From: Lepidodermella squamata | Lineage: Eukaryota; Animalia; Gastrotricha | NCBI GenBank assembly: GCA_047495785.1 | Contig: JBLDXI010000038.1 | Location: forward strand, 248,001-312,000 | Direction of reading: 5' to 3' | Length of the DNA: 64,000 nt | Part shown: positions 34,435-47,947 of the stretch, one piece after another | Layout of the letters: every line of letters begins with the position of its first letter | How positions within the stretch are numbered: position 1 is the first letter of the stretch | Position numbers and translations under genes: made by a program | Notes under the pieces: model-generated | What the model saw: only the letters and a program-made list of their open reading frames with translations | What the model was told of the DNA's origin: nothing | Databases searched by the model: none

Positions 34435-36705
34435 ATGCATTATTATCACCGTCTGCTGCCTTCCAAGCAACTTTTGTTCGATGGTCTTCGCTGCTTTTAC
34501 GCCATTTTACTGCTATTCAGCGATGTTGCTAATGCTCAGTTGATGAACAAGCAATACAACATCGAACTGCCGATCAGCGGCGACGAACAGCCCAAAGTCG
34601 TCGATTTGACACGCGCAATAGTCAGCGGCTACGACGGAGCCAGGGTCGATTACGACGACCTGAGCGGGTTAGTTCATTACTTGATCAACGTATCGATGCT
34701 TCGAACAGCTTTTAGCCAACGTTTAGGTGGAATTCAAAGCTCTGATTTTTTAATTATGTGAGCTTTTATTGCGGGTATACATTCCTGTGAAAAATAGGAA
34801 AATTCAAGAGATTCCTTAGCTTCCTGGAGTTAATCGAAACCCAGGTCCCGTTTCACTCCTATGTTTGGGAAGTTAGACTCCCAACTTCAATGTCTTACAA
34901 TTATGAAGGAACTACTCTTCAACGCCTTTTTTACAATTTCAGTGTAATCGATCGTCTAACTTTGAACGTCACATCAGCAACACACGCTATTATACCTCCT
35001 AAAAGGCTAACCAAAGGTCGCCATGGCGAACCTATATCGAGCCTCTGCGGGCTTCCAGCAACAGGTTTGTGTGGAATTTTTAAATAAAGAAAAAATAATG
35101 GAAATAACAACGTTCGCTATTTCAGTTTTCTTCACATCGGACACTTTGGAAATGTCTGACATCAGGGCGTACGAGAAGGCTACCGGCCATCAGATACCGT
35201 CACGTGGCGCCATTGTTGTAATTTTCCCGGCTGCCGGCAACGCCAATACTCCCTTTTCGAGTTTGAAAATGCAACCAACCCAGCGCAGTAGCGCGACAGC
35301 TACTCAGGCCTCTGGGCAGGCGGCGTCGATCGCTGCCACCGGTGTTATCCAAACCATGACAATGATGCGTTCTAGAGACGTCGTGTCCCGCGACGTAGCC
35401 AAGTACCTCACGGTTGATCGCAACATCAGCGTGCTGGCGACAAACGCGCACTACCTTGACCACGTGTCGAAGCACTCGAACACCCTCGAACGGCTCTTCC
35501 TAAGCCACCATGTTATTGTCATACGAAACGTAGCCACGCCAGGCGTTAGTGCGTCGAAATGGCTGCAAAACTCTGTCAGCTACGGCAACAACCTAAACGC
35601 CTTCGTTTTCGTTTACGAGCCGACCTTTCAGTCGCCAGTCTCGTCTGTCCGCGGGACCCAGCAAAAGGCGCTAAATTCAGGCTCGCCAGCATCTGCGACA
35701 ATTCTACCACAGGGTGGTAGATTAGCACTTGCCGGGCTTGTTTTAAGTGCACCTCGGCGCAAATTAGCCTGCCTATCGCTATCAAGTTTGAATGCCCGTG
35801 CATTGGATGCACGAACTTATCGGCCGATTCAAACTGGATTTGCGACGGAAGTTGAAGTCTCGCTTCAACTGCGTTCTCCCGGCCACACATATTTGTCGAC
35901 GCCAAGTTCCCATCAGTTTTTAACTGCTTCGATACCGGACGAGCTCAAGTTCGGAACTTGTTCGAAAATGCCGATTCTGGTCACTCGAGGCGTATCTTCT
36001 GTAGTGAGCGTTTCCAATTTAATCGCCTGGGAAAACGAGCGAAGGAAGGGCGTGACAGGCGATGGCGATGGCAGCTGGATAATAGACGACATGACAATTT
36101 TGTTCCAAGTCATCAGCGTTGGCGAAGAGCCACCCATTACGGAGAATGGCGTATCGCCAACTAAGCTTTTCATCGAGCCTGAGGTGTTCACGTGGCTTCG
36201 CCGTTCGCGGAACGTCCGTGTCTTCGGCTTCGACCACCAGCTCGATGCAGTTCTGGGGAATAAACACGAAATCGAAAGCGTTCTCGGGCAGCTCGACGAC
36301 ACTGTGACAATCTACAACGTATTTAACCTGCAGAACATCCGGACAGCTCGGACTTTCACCTACAGCGGCATTCGAAATAAGCGGTCGAATGGGACGACCT
36401 CGCAGCCAGTCGGCGGAAATTCCGGCTGTAACCAGTTCCAGTGCGCTTTCGTTAGTTTGCGCTTGTGGCCAGCCTCGCTGGCTCCTGTACAGCTTTTCGC
36501 TGTCTCCGACGTGGGCACCCAGCGCTCGCTGGCCAACGCTGAGGGTAATGCCGCGTCTATGCGCTCGGCAGCTAGTCGCGCCAACAGCCAAACGTCATCC
36601 GCCGCCGCCCTATCAGCAATGCCAACTGCGGCATGCGTAACCTTAGCGTTGTGGACGGCCTATTTCTACTCGGCTGGGCTTCACTTGCCTTCTTCTCCGT
36701 CCTAA
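34435..36705 (+). CDS. Secreted or membrane-anchored protein with two degenerate cyclase (kynurenine formamidase KynB-like) domains. Exons 34435-34726, 34798-35064, 35126-36705
   Basis: Signal peptide (YAILLLFSDVANA), phase-consistent exons and a hydrophobic tail. Cyclase-like segments occur twice (e.g. SDIRAYEKATGHQIPSRGAIVVIF / NLIAWENE, and VAKYLTVDRNISVLATN / FTWLRRSRNVRVFGFD). The gene model is firmer than the family call. Confidence 0.6.
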
Positions 36706-37251
36706 AATCTAGTTTTTATGTGTGTTTTATCTATCCGCGTTCTGTCTGACGACTTGCCGTCTCACGAAAGACAACCGAGACAATCATGTTATCAGTTCAA
36801 TAATATATTCGAGTATTTTTATAAAAGCTTTATATTATGTAATACATTTTTTGATAAATACCATAACAATAAACCGTATCATTGATTCAACCTTGATTTT
36901 TTTCTTATCGACTGACGAAATAATAAAAGAAACGAAGTCGACGTATTTCAAGGTCCCATTCACTTTATTTCTGTAAAAATGGCTCCGGCTGTTACAACCG
37001 AAAGAGGAGCTCGCTGGCTCACACACACAACAATCGCTCTTACTAACGCCTCACCAATCAGCGGGCTGAGAGATGAGTAGCGAGAACCCGTCATTGTTTG
37101 AATTTTTCATAGAAAAACAGTTCGGCTCAACATAATCCGATCGTAGAGACGTAAAACGAACAAGTTAACACTTAACACGTACAGTCTACAATTAGCGTTC
37201 TTCGAACAGAGTTATTTACAGATTGCAGGCCAACGTTGTTGTTGTTGTCGA

Positions 37252-39623
37252 TCAACGCGGTGGTGGCGGTGGCTGAAACACAAAAATAATAACATCAAAT
37301 TTAATGAATGAAACATTAATAACTTTCTAGAATATACCAAATTTTATAATAGATCCGGCCTTAAACAGTCCGTGAATGCTAAAGGACTTGGTCAAGATGA
37401 GATAAATATTCGATTCAGATTCGAAACCAAGTATGTGCAAGGTGCTTACGAAGAAATAGAACCCACACCTTTCCCGCTTCATTCCCAACCATCAACTCAA
37501 GCTATAGGTGAGTTTTCACACGAAACATTCCAAGAGAACTATTGCAAAATTCTACGTAAAAATGTAGCTGAAATGTTTACCGGTGGAGGAGGTGGCGGCG
37601 GTGGAGGTGGTGGTGGGGCCATAGGCGGAGCAGGATTTGTTGGATAGGTCGTCGCACCTCCGTAACCAGCGCCGTAGGCTGAACCCGCCCAGCTCTGAGT
37701 TACAGTTCCGTATCCCGACTGAGACTGTGCCCCATACGCTCCGCTGTAGTAGGATGAGCCGTAGTAACCGGCGCCAGCCCAAGAAGTCGGTGGGACAGAC
37801 CCTGCTGTGCCATAATACCCGGATCCACTGGTCGGCGTTAGAAGAGGCGGTGGACCAGATGCGGCTGAGGTTGGGGCAGCGCCACTCACCGCCGCGGCTA
37901 CTGTCTGCCGATTGCGAACGTTCTGCTGGATTTGACGTTGAATATCTGCTAATTGAGGGTTGGTGAACATTGCGGGCAATTTCGCAGCATTTCGGTCAGG
38001 AACACCGTAACCAGCCGAGTACAGCTCAGTAGGGGCATCGCTCGCCGAACTTTCAGTCGTCGCATCAGCGCCGGCCCCGCCAGATGCATGAAGAGCCGCC
38101 GCTTTTGCTTGTTCGGCCAACTCGCGTCTCAAATGTTCCGGAACTTCCTGTCCCAGTTCATTCATTAGCGAGGCATATTCGGTATCTAACCGCTCTTTAT
38201 CCGGGTTGTATTCGATGGCAAGAAGCGATGTCTTCGGCTGGATACAATCGCGTTCGATGTGACCGCGGCCACCGCAACGCTGACAAATTATTTGATTGGT
38301 GACGACAGTTTCGGCCTCAGCCAATTCTCTGAGTTTCTTCAAGCCTTCATTATCACGAAGCGTGCCGTTGAGCAAGGCTAATTCCCTCATCTGCTGACGA
38401 CGCAAGTCTGTATCTGCAGTCGGGTTATCAATCGCCTGAAATAAAAAGAGATCAAAGCATGGGTTCAAAACTAGTTTAAAATGCAACTCACTTCTTGCAT
38501 TATTTCTCGTATTCGGTTGGCTCCAATCAGGAGGTTTTCGGCGGTATTAGACTGAAGGTAAACATGTAAGTCTTCATCCTCACCCGGCATCGGCGTATTG
38601 AACGGTCTCAATTTACCTTCTTTCACGGAGCCTTTGCCGCGAATGATGATCTTGCAGTTGATCTGAAAATCAATTCCATGTAAATCACTGACCAGAAAAA
38701 CACTGACTACTTACTTCTTTCTCTATTTGGCGCAATGTATTTCCACGAGGACCAATTAATAGTCCTACGAAGTTGATGTGCGGATATTCGTCTTGCGGAA
38801 TGAAGATTTTGTCGGTAAACTTTTGGACGATAGGTTTGTAATCGACAGGGGGCTTGTATGCAGGATTGATAGTGAACATGCGTTGAATTAAATCATGGCG
38901 CTCTTCTTCTATTTTCTTCCTCATGCGCACTTCACGTGTGTTCAGCCGCTTGCCTTCATTGTTGTATATTGGCTCAGGAGATGGCGACCTAAAAGGAGGC
39001 ATCGTGAAGGGTAATGTTGAATCAAATCCGTTATCAAATAATTCATTTCGGATTTTTAAGCCCGCTCTAATTGAAAATCTACTAATTTACATGTCATGAA
39101 ATAAATTAGGAAAAAAATAAAACGCATCGATTATGGTAATGAAAAAACCTTTCTTCCGGATTATCAGAAATGCCGAGGTGTCCAGTCCGCAGCCGATTGG
39201 AACGCTCTTCGATCTGCAGTTGTACTGAAATGAAAAGTCACTAATTAATCGGTTGTTAAATCGCAACGCAAAAGAGCCAAACAAATTCAACTTATTTTGA
39301 GACATTCACGAATAAATCGAAATGGGGGCAAAATGGGAGATGTGGCCGTTTGGAGTAAACAACTTACGTAGGTAGATTTCCGTAGCCTTAGGATCAGCAT
39401 CAGAAGGCAAAGAAGTAGGCATGCCTGGAACTACTACTTTGGTATCAGCAGTGCCCGCCCAACGACTCTTCTTGCGCCTCTTTGTTTGGCCATCTTGGCT
39501 ACCTGCAAAAGAGAGCTAAAGTGAAATTAACCAGACATGATATTTTATCATACCGTCCTCGTTAACATCTGGTGTGGCCGAACCATTTTTGCTGCTTTTA
39601 CTGCTGCTGTCCACCCTCTTCAT
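37252..39623 (-). CDS. SF1: Splicing factor 1 / branchpoint-binding protein. Exons 39623-39554, 39502-39368, 39224-39149, 38988-38715, 38662-38492, 38435-37581, 37272-37252
   Basis: ULM motif KRRKKSRW, RSPSPEPIY, KH domain (NFVGLLIGPRGNTL), QUA2 (LRRQQMRELALLNGTLR), zinc knuckle CQRCGGRGHIERDC and a Pro-rich tail. Confidence 0.97.
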
Positions 39624-40929
39624 TATTAAACATCAATTCGTAACATAAGCTAGGATCAAAATTAATTAAAATTATATCAATGAGTCAGTGAAGTTGAGTG
39701 GAAATAACAAATCGAAGATACTCCACGGCTTTTATAAAACTAAACAGACGTAGAAGTGCTGAAATGTATGTGGTATGTATGTGCTTATTGCTTATATGCA
39801 CGTTGGATTCGCTTCGTTGGAAACCTGAGCCTGTGAGAACTAGAGCCTCGTCAGTCTCAGGTCTCAGCGTCCGTTTTCAAAATTCACAGCATGAACTTAC
39901 CCCTAAAGGATAAAGGATGCGACCAGACAACAAAAATTCATGAGAGTAGCATGCATAACTTGGAACAAAATCACACTGCGAGGACTTTTTAATGATTCTT
40001 AGCCTAGCGAATGCAAGTTGATGGCAATGCAGTTCGCAAAACAGCTGAGTTACTAAACACTAAACACCAGAGACAAGAGATCGACCAGTTTTTACCAAAC
40101 TAGTGAAGAGACTTTTCATAAACTGACAAGAGTTGGGGCTAAAATACCACGGTATACACTTAAGTTTGACTGGAGTGATATGATCTCACTGATGAAGTAT
40201 GATGAAATCTTGAGATCTTAAATCTTAACGGTTTAGAAATGAGACTAACTGCTCCGATCAATTGGGGAAAGGAGATGCAACAGGTCTCCAACGAAGTTAT
40301 AAATTCAGGATCGCAATTGAGGAAATTTACCAACCTCCATGTTGAAGACTGATAGGCTATTAGCCACTAGCCACAAGCCCCAACAGTTTACTGCTTCTCA
40401 ACAATCCGGCAACCGCTCGGACCAAAACCAGAGACCTGAATCATCATCAGTGGCCGCGAAGACCCACTGTTTATAAGTCAAGGTCGCTGAGAATACATGC
40501 GGCAATATTTAACCGTTGAAATTACAACAGACTATTTTATATGATATTGGCGTTTCTTTTCGTCAATTCCCGCCAATTATTTAGAATGACTTGAAATTAA
40601 AATTGAAAACCACAAACTTCAAAAAAACCTTGCTCATTTCGAACGTACGAACTTCGAATGTTGGTGCGGAACGAACCGGTCGAAGAGAAAAGTTTACTCT
40701 TCGCTAAAAACTCTCGTGTCACGAGTCCATAGAATTTAGTGAGACCTAATTTATCACGGCTTTTATGGTCTTAAAATTGTGAACTTCAATACCTCAGATA
40801 GAGCCAACTTTCACCTTGTACTGTGAATGTCCGATTCATATAATTCCATCACTGAGCCAACTGCTATCCTATTCATTCTAGGCCATGAGTATAAGGCAAT
40901 AAAGCTGCACAATAATCTCTAATACCAAA

Positions 40930-43724
40930 ATGAGAACTGTCCTGATGGTAGCTGAGAAGCCTTCTTTGGCTCAATCAATTGCAAACTTACTTTCGAATGG
41001 ACACTGCGCTAGTCGACACGTCTCTAAGTCGTGCTCTATGCATGAATGGAATGGTAAATTTCATGGTGAGAATGTCAGGTTCAAGATGACATCGGTCTGT
41101 GGGCATGTTATGACCCTGGATTTTCCTGGAAAATATAACAATTGGGATAAAGTTGATCCTGCTGAGTTATTTGATTGCCCCACTCAAAAGAAAGAAGCGA
41201 ATGCGGATTTGGGAATACCTAGGATGCTCACCGCAGAGGTATTTAATACGCATGGTTTTTTTCGCCGTATAACATGTGATATTTGTTTAGGGACGGGATG
41301 TCGATTTCTTGGTACTATGGCTTGATTGCGACAAAGAAGGAGAGAACATCTGCTTCGAAGTGTAAGTTGTGCGGTTTTTTTGCATTCTTCGACAATTGCA
41401 GTTTTTCATTCAGTATCGATATAGTGCGACCAGTGATGCGAAACGGCAGTCCAAGCAATATTTATCGTGCTCACTTTTCTGCTGTCACGGAATCGGAAGT
41501 GAACAGGGCGATGAATAATTTGATTAGGCCTAATGAACTAGAAGCGTTATCCGTGGATGCTCGGCAAGAGCTGGACTTGCGTATTGGTTGTGCATTTACC
41601 CGGTTTCAAACTACTTATTTTCACGGAAAGTATGGTGGCTTGGACAGTGCCACCATTTCTTACGGTACGGTCTTACGAGTTTTTCCTGGTTCGAATTGCT
41701 TTGCATAATTTATCTGAAATAGGACCTTGCCAAACACCTACTTTGGGATTTTGTGTCGACAGGCACGACCGCATTCAATCATTTAAACCAGAGCAATACT
41801 GGTCTCTTGAAGTTTCCGTTCGCATTCCGTCGGGAGGTGTATTGAAAATGAGTTGGAAACGAGAACGCGTTTTCAACAAAGATGTTGCCTCCTTGTTTTT
41901 GGCTCGTGTGAAAACCGAGACTCATGTAAGTCTATTTACTGCCTTGACCGTGATGTGATGTTGATTTTTTGAATATTTGTTAATCAGGCCAAGGTTATCA
42001 GCATGAAAGAAGAAAACAAAACCACTGGTCGCCCTCATGCTCTAAACACGGTCGATTTACTGAAAGTTGCTAGCTCAAATCTCGGGATCGGTCCGCAACA
42101 TACCATGCAGATAGCTGAGAGACTTTATACTCAAGGCTACATCTCATACCCACGCACGGAGACCACGAAATATCCCGATTCCTTTGATTTGCACGGTGCT
42201 CTGAAAGAGCAACTCGCCAGCAAAGATTTGGGTCTAGTGGTTGATCGCTTGCTCAAGAACGGTTTTCAGAGACCCAAGTCTGGCACGGATCACGGTGACC
42301 ATCCTCCGATCACCCCGATGCGTTATCCTGAACACGGCGTGCTAACGGGAGACTATTGGAGGCTATATGACTACATCTCACGACATTTTATCGCCACCCT
42401 ATGCGGTGATATGCGCTATGTTCAAAGAACAGCATTGCTTCAATGCGGCGGCGAGGAGTTCACATGTAGTGGCCGATTCACAACTGACCCCGGTTTTACT
42501 GCTGCTATGCCATGGCAGGCTCCCAGTGCAAATGAAACGCTACCTCCTCTATCGGCCGATCAGTTGCTTGAAATCGACGGCGCTCCTCAATTGAGTGAGC
42601 ACTTCACATCAGCGCCTGACTATTTGACTGAATCGGATCTTATTTCGTTGATGGAACAACACGGCATTGGAACAGATGCTTCAATTTCTGTTCACATTAA
42701 CAACATCTGCGAGCGAAATTACGTCGCACTTATCTCACCGGGCCGACGTTTGAAACCAACGCCGTTGGGAATTTCCTTGGTTCACGGGTATCAACGGATT
42801 GATTTGGAACTAGTTCTTCCAACCATGCGATCTGCTGTCGAGAAGCAGCTTTCACTTATTGCTGTTGGGAAAGCCGAATTCGCTGCTGTGCTGAACCACG
42901 CCATAACAATTTTCAAGCAAAAGTTTCGGTATTTTGTTGAATTGATCAGTGCTATGGATGAATTGTTTGAAGTAACTTTCTCACCGCTCGCTCAATCTGG
43001 TCGCAATCTTTCGCGTTGCGGCAAATGTCGTCGATATTTGCGATTGATTGCTGGGAAAGCGGCTCGCTTGTATTGCTCAAATTGCGATGACACGTACAAG
43101 CTTCCGTCTGGCGGGTCTTACCATTTGTACCGCGAGCTCAAGTGTCCACTGGACGATTTCGAACTTCTGTTATACACCTCATCTTCGCGAACTTTCTCGA
43201 TCTGTCCTTACTGCTACAACAATCCGCCTTTCCCTGATGAAATGCAACGTGGCCAAGCTTGCAATCAATGTGCTCACCCGACTTGTGCATACTCACCGGC
43301 AGTAAATGCCATTGGCGTTTGCAGTAGCTGCGAGGAGGGCAAGCTGGTGATGGATCCGCCTAACCCCCCGAAATGGCGCATTTCCTGCACGAGCTGCACT
43401 ATGCGCATTGACTTGTTCGAAGGCGCGAGCCGCGTGTTTGTATCGGGTGGTGGTGACGTTGACGCCAGGCAAAAGTGTGCTACATGCAAGTGTGTGAAGG
43501 TTAGCGTCGAGTATAAATCGGCTGATAAGAGCCCTCTGCCTGATGGTCTCGCCGAGTACACTGGTTGCGTTTTCTGCGACAAGGTAATGCAACCGCTAGC
43601 CAAAATCGTTATGCGACCTGGCGACGATGGCGAGGGCGGCCGACGGGGTCGCGGTGGCCACCGGCGCGGCGGCCGTGGTCGTGGTGGTTCGGGAAAACGT
43701 GGTGGCAGCGGCCGAGGAAGGTGA
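40930..43724 (+). CDS. TOP3B: DNA/RNA topoisomerase III beta. Exons 40930-41238, 41291-41361, 41414-41664, 41723-41925, 41988-43724
   Basis: [41 protein letters not shown], catalytic [11 protein letters not shown]-terminal Cys clusters and an RGG tail. Confidence 0.97.
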
Positions 43725-44406
43725 TCTAACCGTTTGATGGATGGAAACGTACGAGGATGGAATAGCGTAGATCAGCTCTGTGATGCTTTTTGAGGGCCAA
43801 AGTTCGTAGCTAATGATCATCTGTGCCTTTCAACTAGCCTGATACTTATTTAGAATGCTATCGAAGAGAATAATGTTAAAAGACTGTAAATATGACGGAT
43901 GACTTAGGATCTTTTCTCTTGTTTTGTTCGCACATTGAGTTGTTTTCAGATTTGAGGCAGGAAAGCTGCCCGAAAACGACTACGATTGTAATTTCCGGTT
44001 TGTTTGCACTGTGCACATATTCAAATAGCAATTATTATCGTGGCTTATTTTTTCACCCGCCAACTACTGCTCGTCGATATGAATATCTGGTCACTCTTAA
44101 CAATCAGACACATTCCTAATGCAATTATGTGTGTTCATTCCTGCCTAATTAATTTTTTCGGTGATTTTTTGTGTGTGTTTGGCAATATGAATTCAGACCT
44201 CTTAATATCCGCCTTAAAGTGGATGGATCGACTGGATGTTAGCGTGACCGCTCGATTTGACTGTTGTGGGTGCAAGCCGTTGTGTTTATATTAGCTTATT
44301 AAAAAGTGCTGATCAAATAATGACAAAAACAAAGTGATGCCATTTTTGCTAAAGAACTTTTTTCTATCGTTTAGGCGATGTTTTGATGGTTCTTTAGAAA
44401 CTAAGA

Positions 44407-47216
44407 ATGAAAATGCGGCGAAAGAGAACACGGTCGTCGCCCTCGACGCTCTCGTCCCCATCCTCTTCAGAGTCAGATTTGTCTGATGAGTCATCAGAGG
44501 CTTCCTCAGCGCCGTCTACGCCCGAAACTTCTTCGGGAGATGAACGGCCGCTTCGATCCAGTCGCTCAACGGCTGCCGCGGCAAAGGATGAGAGGCCACG
44601 GCGGAACAGCTTGGTCTCGAAACCTCCGCGTAAAAAGCTCAAGACAATGAACCTCAACGGCGTGGCGAATGGGCACGCGTCGAAAGTGCGGCGCCAGAAA
44701 TCTCTCGAACCGTCGACTATCGAGAAAGTAAAAATGCGACATCGCGAAGCAGCCGCTGCCAAGTTGAAGCGTCAACTCGAGCAACAAGCCCTTGCTGCCT
44801 CGAAATTAGAAAATCTCAATAACCCTGTCAAAGCACCGGCGAAAGTAACAAGCAGCTCCAAAGAAAATGCTAGCAGCAAGTCTGCCTCATCCTCCTCTAC
44901 GGCTAAATCCTCGTCAACAGCCACTGTTGCCAGACAAAATTCGATTGCGTCGAGTGATGTCAAAGCGAAAAGCGCCAAACCTCACATGAATGGTAAATCC
45001 GACAGCAAAACTACCAGAAAAACCGACCCTGAGGTCATCTACCGGTTGTTCGATAAACCGTCTCGCGTCTACCAGTGCCTGGCTGCCCGGCAAACGGAGC
45101 GTCCGATGATTTTGCAGCGAAATCTGGCTTACATGACGCCGAAAAACCGCATTCATAAGCATGTTCCTAAAGAACAGCGTTTCAAACTGCCGGAAAAGCT
45201 GATAGCCAATGACGTTGTGTTGAAGGACCAAGGGAATAATTTGCTCGCCTCGCCCTCGAAATCTTTGAAGAGTCCCGCGAAAGTTAGTCGTCTTTCAGCT
45301 TCATCCCCCCGACAGGCCGACCCGAAAAGCGGCAACCTGCACCTTGTTCTCTGCCAGGTCGTGGGTGCCTACCTGCCGGAAGCGGGCCAAAAACACAACT
45401 TGCGGCGCTCTATGGGTAGCCCATCGAAAAGCAGCGGCGGAGATAATGTGTTTCTTATTGATATTGGCATCACTCGGTCGTATGTTGGCAAAAACGCGGA
45501 GAAGAAAACGCTGACCGATGCGATTCATTCGAATCTGAAGATTGATTTCAGCCGATCTACTGGTCGTGCTGGCGATGACAAGTTCTTTCAATGTGCCAGC
45601 CCTCGTGTTTTCGACAACGGCCCGAATGCGCCAAAGACGATCTCTTTAGATGGTAACCAACTGTTCCCACCCAATGGCTACACACAGGGCAGGGCCATTG
45701 TGCGTATTCGCGTGACAGCCGAACAGTCTGGCTGGTCTTTCGATCACGAGCTGGAGGTGACGAAAGACCGGGATCGTAGCTTGGAAAACGGGCTTTATTC
45801 TGTATTTCTCAAACCTCTCAATGACTCGAAGGAATTCTCCTCAGATTCAAAGTGCCCTCGCCTTCTATTTGCCGCGTGCTGGTCACCCAAACACGAAGTG
45901 TTGACCTGTGACGAGGTTTTCGATCTCATTCGCCGCGATGTCGTAAAAATAGTTCCAAAAACGTCGAAACTTTTGGCTGCTAGCTCGCCTCCTAAAACAT
46001 TGCCGCCGGCTCCATCCTCGCTTCCGCTCACCCTGCCGGATGCTGCTTCTCCGCCAGGGTCCTCGCCCTCTCGATCTGCCACCTCGCGCTCTCGAATCGT
46101 CCGCGTCGTTTTCTGGCTGACTGACCCGTCTGCCGGTGGACCAGGCGTCTGCGCTTCGGTCGCCAACCCGTTTTGCTGTCCGTGGTGCCACACCGTGTGT
46201 CCTCACTTCCTGGGCCTCTTACGCCACTTGCGCTGCTGGCATCCCCGTTTCAGCTTCGTTCTACAGGCGGAGCGTGTCGCCAAGGTCGCAGATATCACGG
46301 TAACAATCAACCGGCGCTATAATTTAGCCGAGGAGTACCGCCACCCTCCAACTCTGGCTGCTGATGTGCCACTTCTTGGCATCGATCATCCAATAAAACG
46401 CGTGCCTAGTAGTCAGATCATTTGGCTTTCGGGCAAGGGAAAGCATCGCCGCAGCTTCCACAAGGCTTCCTCGACAGCTCTCGCAGAGTTCAGACGGCCA
46501 GAATCAGAATTCCATCCTGGAGCCACTGTTATGTTGGCCGGTCATTTAAGGTAATGATAATTCATTTCTCTTCGGTATTAAAATGAACGGGGTCGTAAGG
46601 ACAGAGCAACGGCAAAAATTAGATGAAAATTTGCTCAAATTTGACACGGGCTGAACCCTAATATGTGCAAGTTGTTCTGATGATGGATATTTTTTAGAAC
46701 ATACTATCACTCGCAATCCTGCCTTCCGATGACCATCCAAGAATTCCACGAAGACGGTGACTCAGACATTGAGGAACAGCCTTGGCTCGCCGAGCAATCG
46801 TGGCGTCTACTCAACGAGTTCACAGATGTCAACCCAGGCGAAAAAACGATGATGAACATGTGGAATCGTTTCATGTACAGGTACTATTCTGAACTAAAGT
46901 ATTGATTTGGCATTCATTTGGTAGTTTTCACAGGGAGAAATTCTTCGCTCAGCGCTCTATTTTCCCTGCCTGCTTAGCGTTCGTCGACGAATTCGGCCAA
47001 GAAATAGTCACATTGGGCTTATTAGGCAATTTTCGTCTTCATCTGACCACTCTGAGTCAAAATAACCTGCTAACAGCCCAGCAATTTTACGCCGTGATGG
47101 CTCGTTTGCAACGAATTGTTGACGTCACCCCATCATCGTCGTCCATCAGCGTCGAAGCAGTCAAGTCGCCAGTTGCCTCGGATCGCAGCCTGCGCAAGAC
47201 GATTTCGTCGATCTAG
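44407..47216 (+). CDS. SUZ12: Polycomb PRC2 subunit SUZ12. Exons 44407-46550, 46698-46880, 46934-47216
   Basis: FDKPSRVYQCL..R....PMILQRNLAYM, C2H2 finger CPWC...LLRHLRCWHPRFSF and VEFS box (RTYYHS...DSD.E..WL...LNEFTDVNPGEKTMMNMWN). Confidence 0.92.
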
Positions 47217-47947
47217 GCATTTCAAGATATTTGATTAGATTTCCATTTTTGTGCGCAAATTTTGTTATTATTGATTGTGACGTCATGTTGGCGCGCATGT
47301 TTTGCGACCTATTCTCTCTTTCAAAAGAAGCTCGTCGTTGTCATCATCTTATTCTAACGTTAGGTTTAAGTGTTTTATTCGGTTTTTCTTCTTTCAGCCT
47401 CGCTGCGACTCAATTATTATTGTTTGTCTTTTTTTCTGCCTAGCGATGTGAAATTGCAGCAGCTTCTCGCGATTTTCGAAGCTGCTGAAGCATAATTAAT
47501 GATGATGATTGAGATGTAAATGTACCTGACTGCTCGCTGCTCAATGATTCTTGATGAACTGTTGTTTACATCACTGTCCCACCATTTCAATTTGTTTCTT
47601 AGTTTACGTTTTGCGTTTTTACATTTTGATATAAGTTATCTGAACTCACGAAGCTTTGTATCAGCGCCCCAGTTTTCGTCTCAACAGCATTCGTGAACAA
47701 GAATTCGCCCAGCAAACACACTGCCGGCACTAATTATCTATGATTATTTCTGTGTCCATTCATTCATTCATATGAATTACAGTCGCAATTTTTTGTCGCC
47801 TGTTTATTGTAACATTGGTTAGTGTGATTTCTTTGCTTATAAAGTTGGAATAACGTACGAGAAAAGTGAAAGGAATTAAAACGCGCCATGAACTCGATTT
47901 GTTGACTCGGGATTGAATTTTGATCGGGTTTCTTAGGATTTCATAAC

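Noticed and set aside
37041-37047. TACTAAC (SF1 binding site) near the SF1 3' end
   Set aside because: It is on the strand opposite the SF1 mRNA, and a single 7-mer is expected by chance.
40189-40220. CTGATGA...GAAATCTTGAGATC hammerhead-like string
   Set aside because: Stems I and II cannot form.
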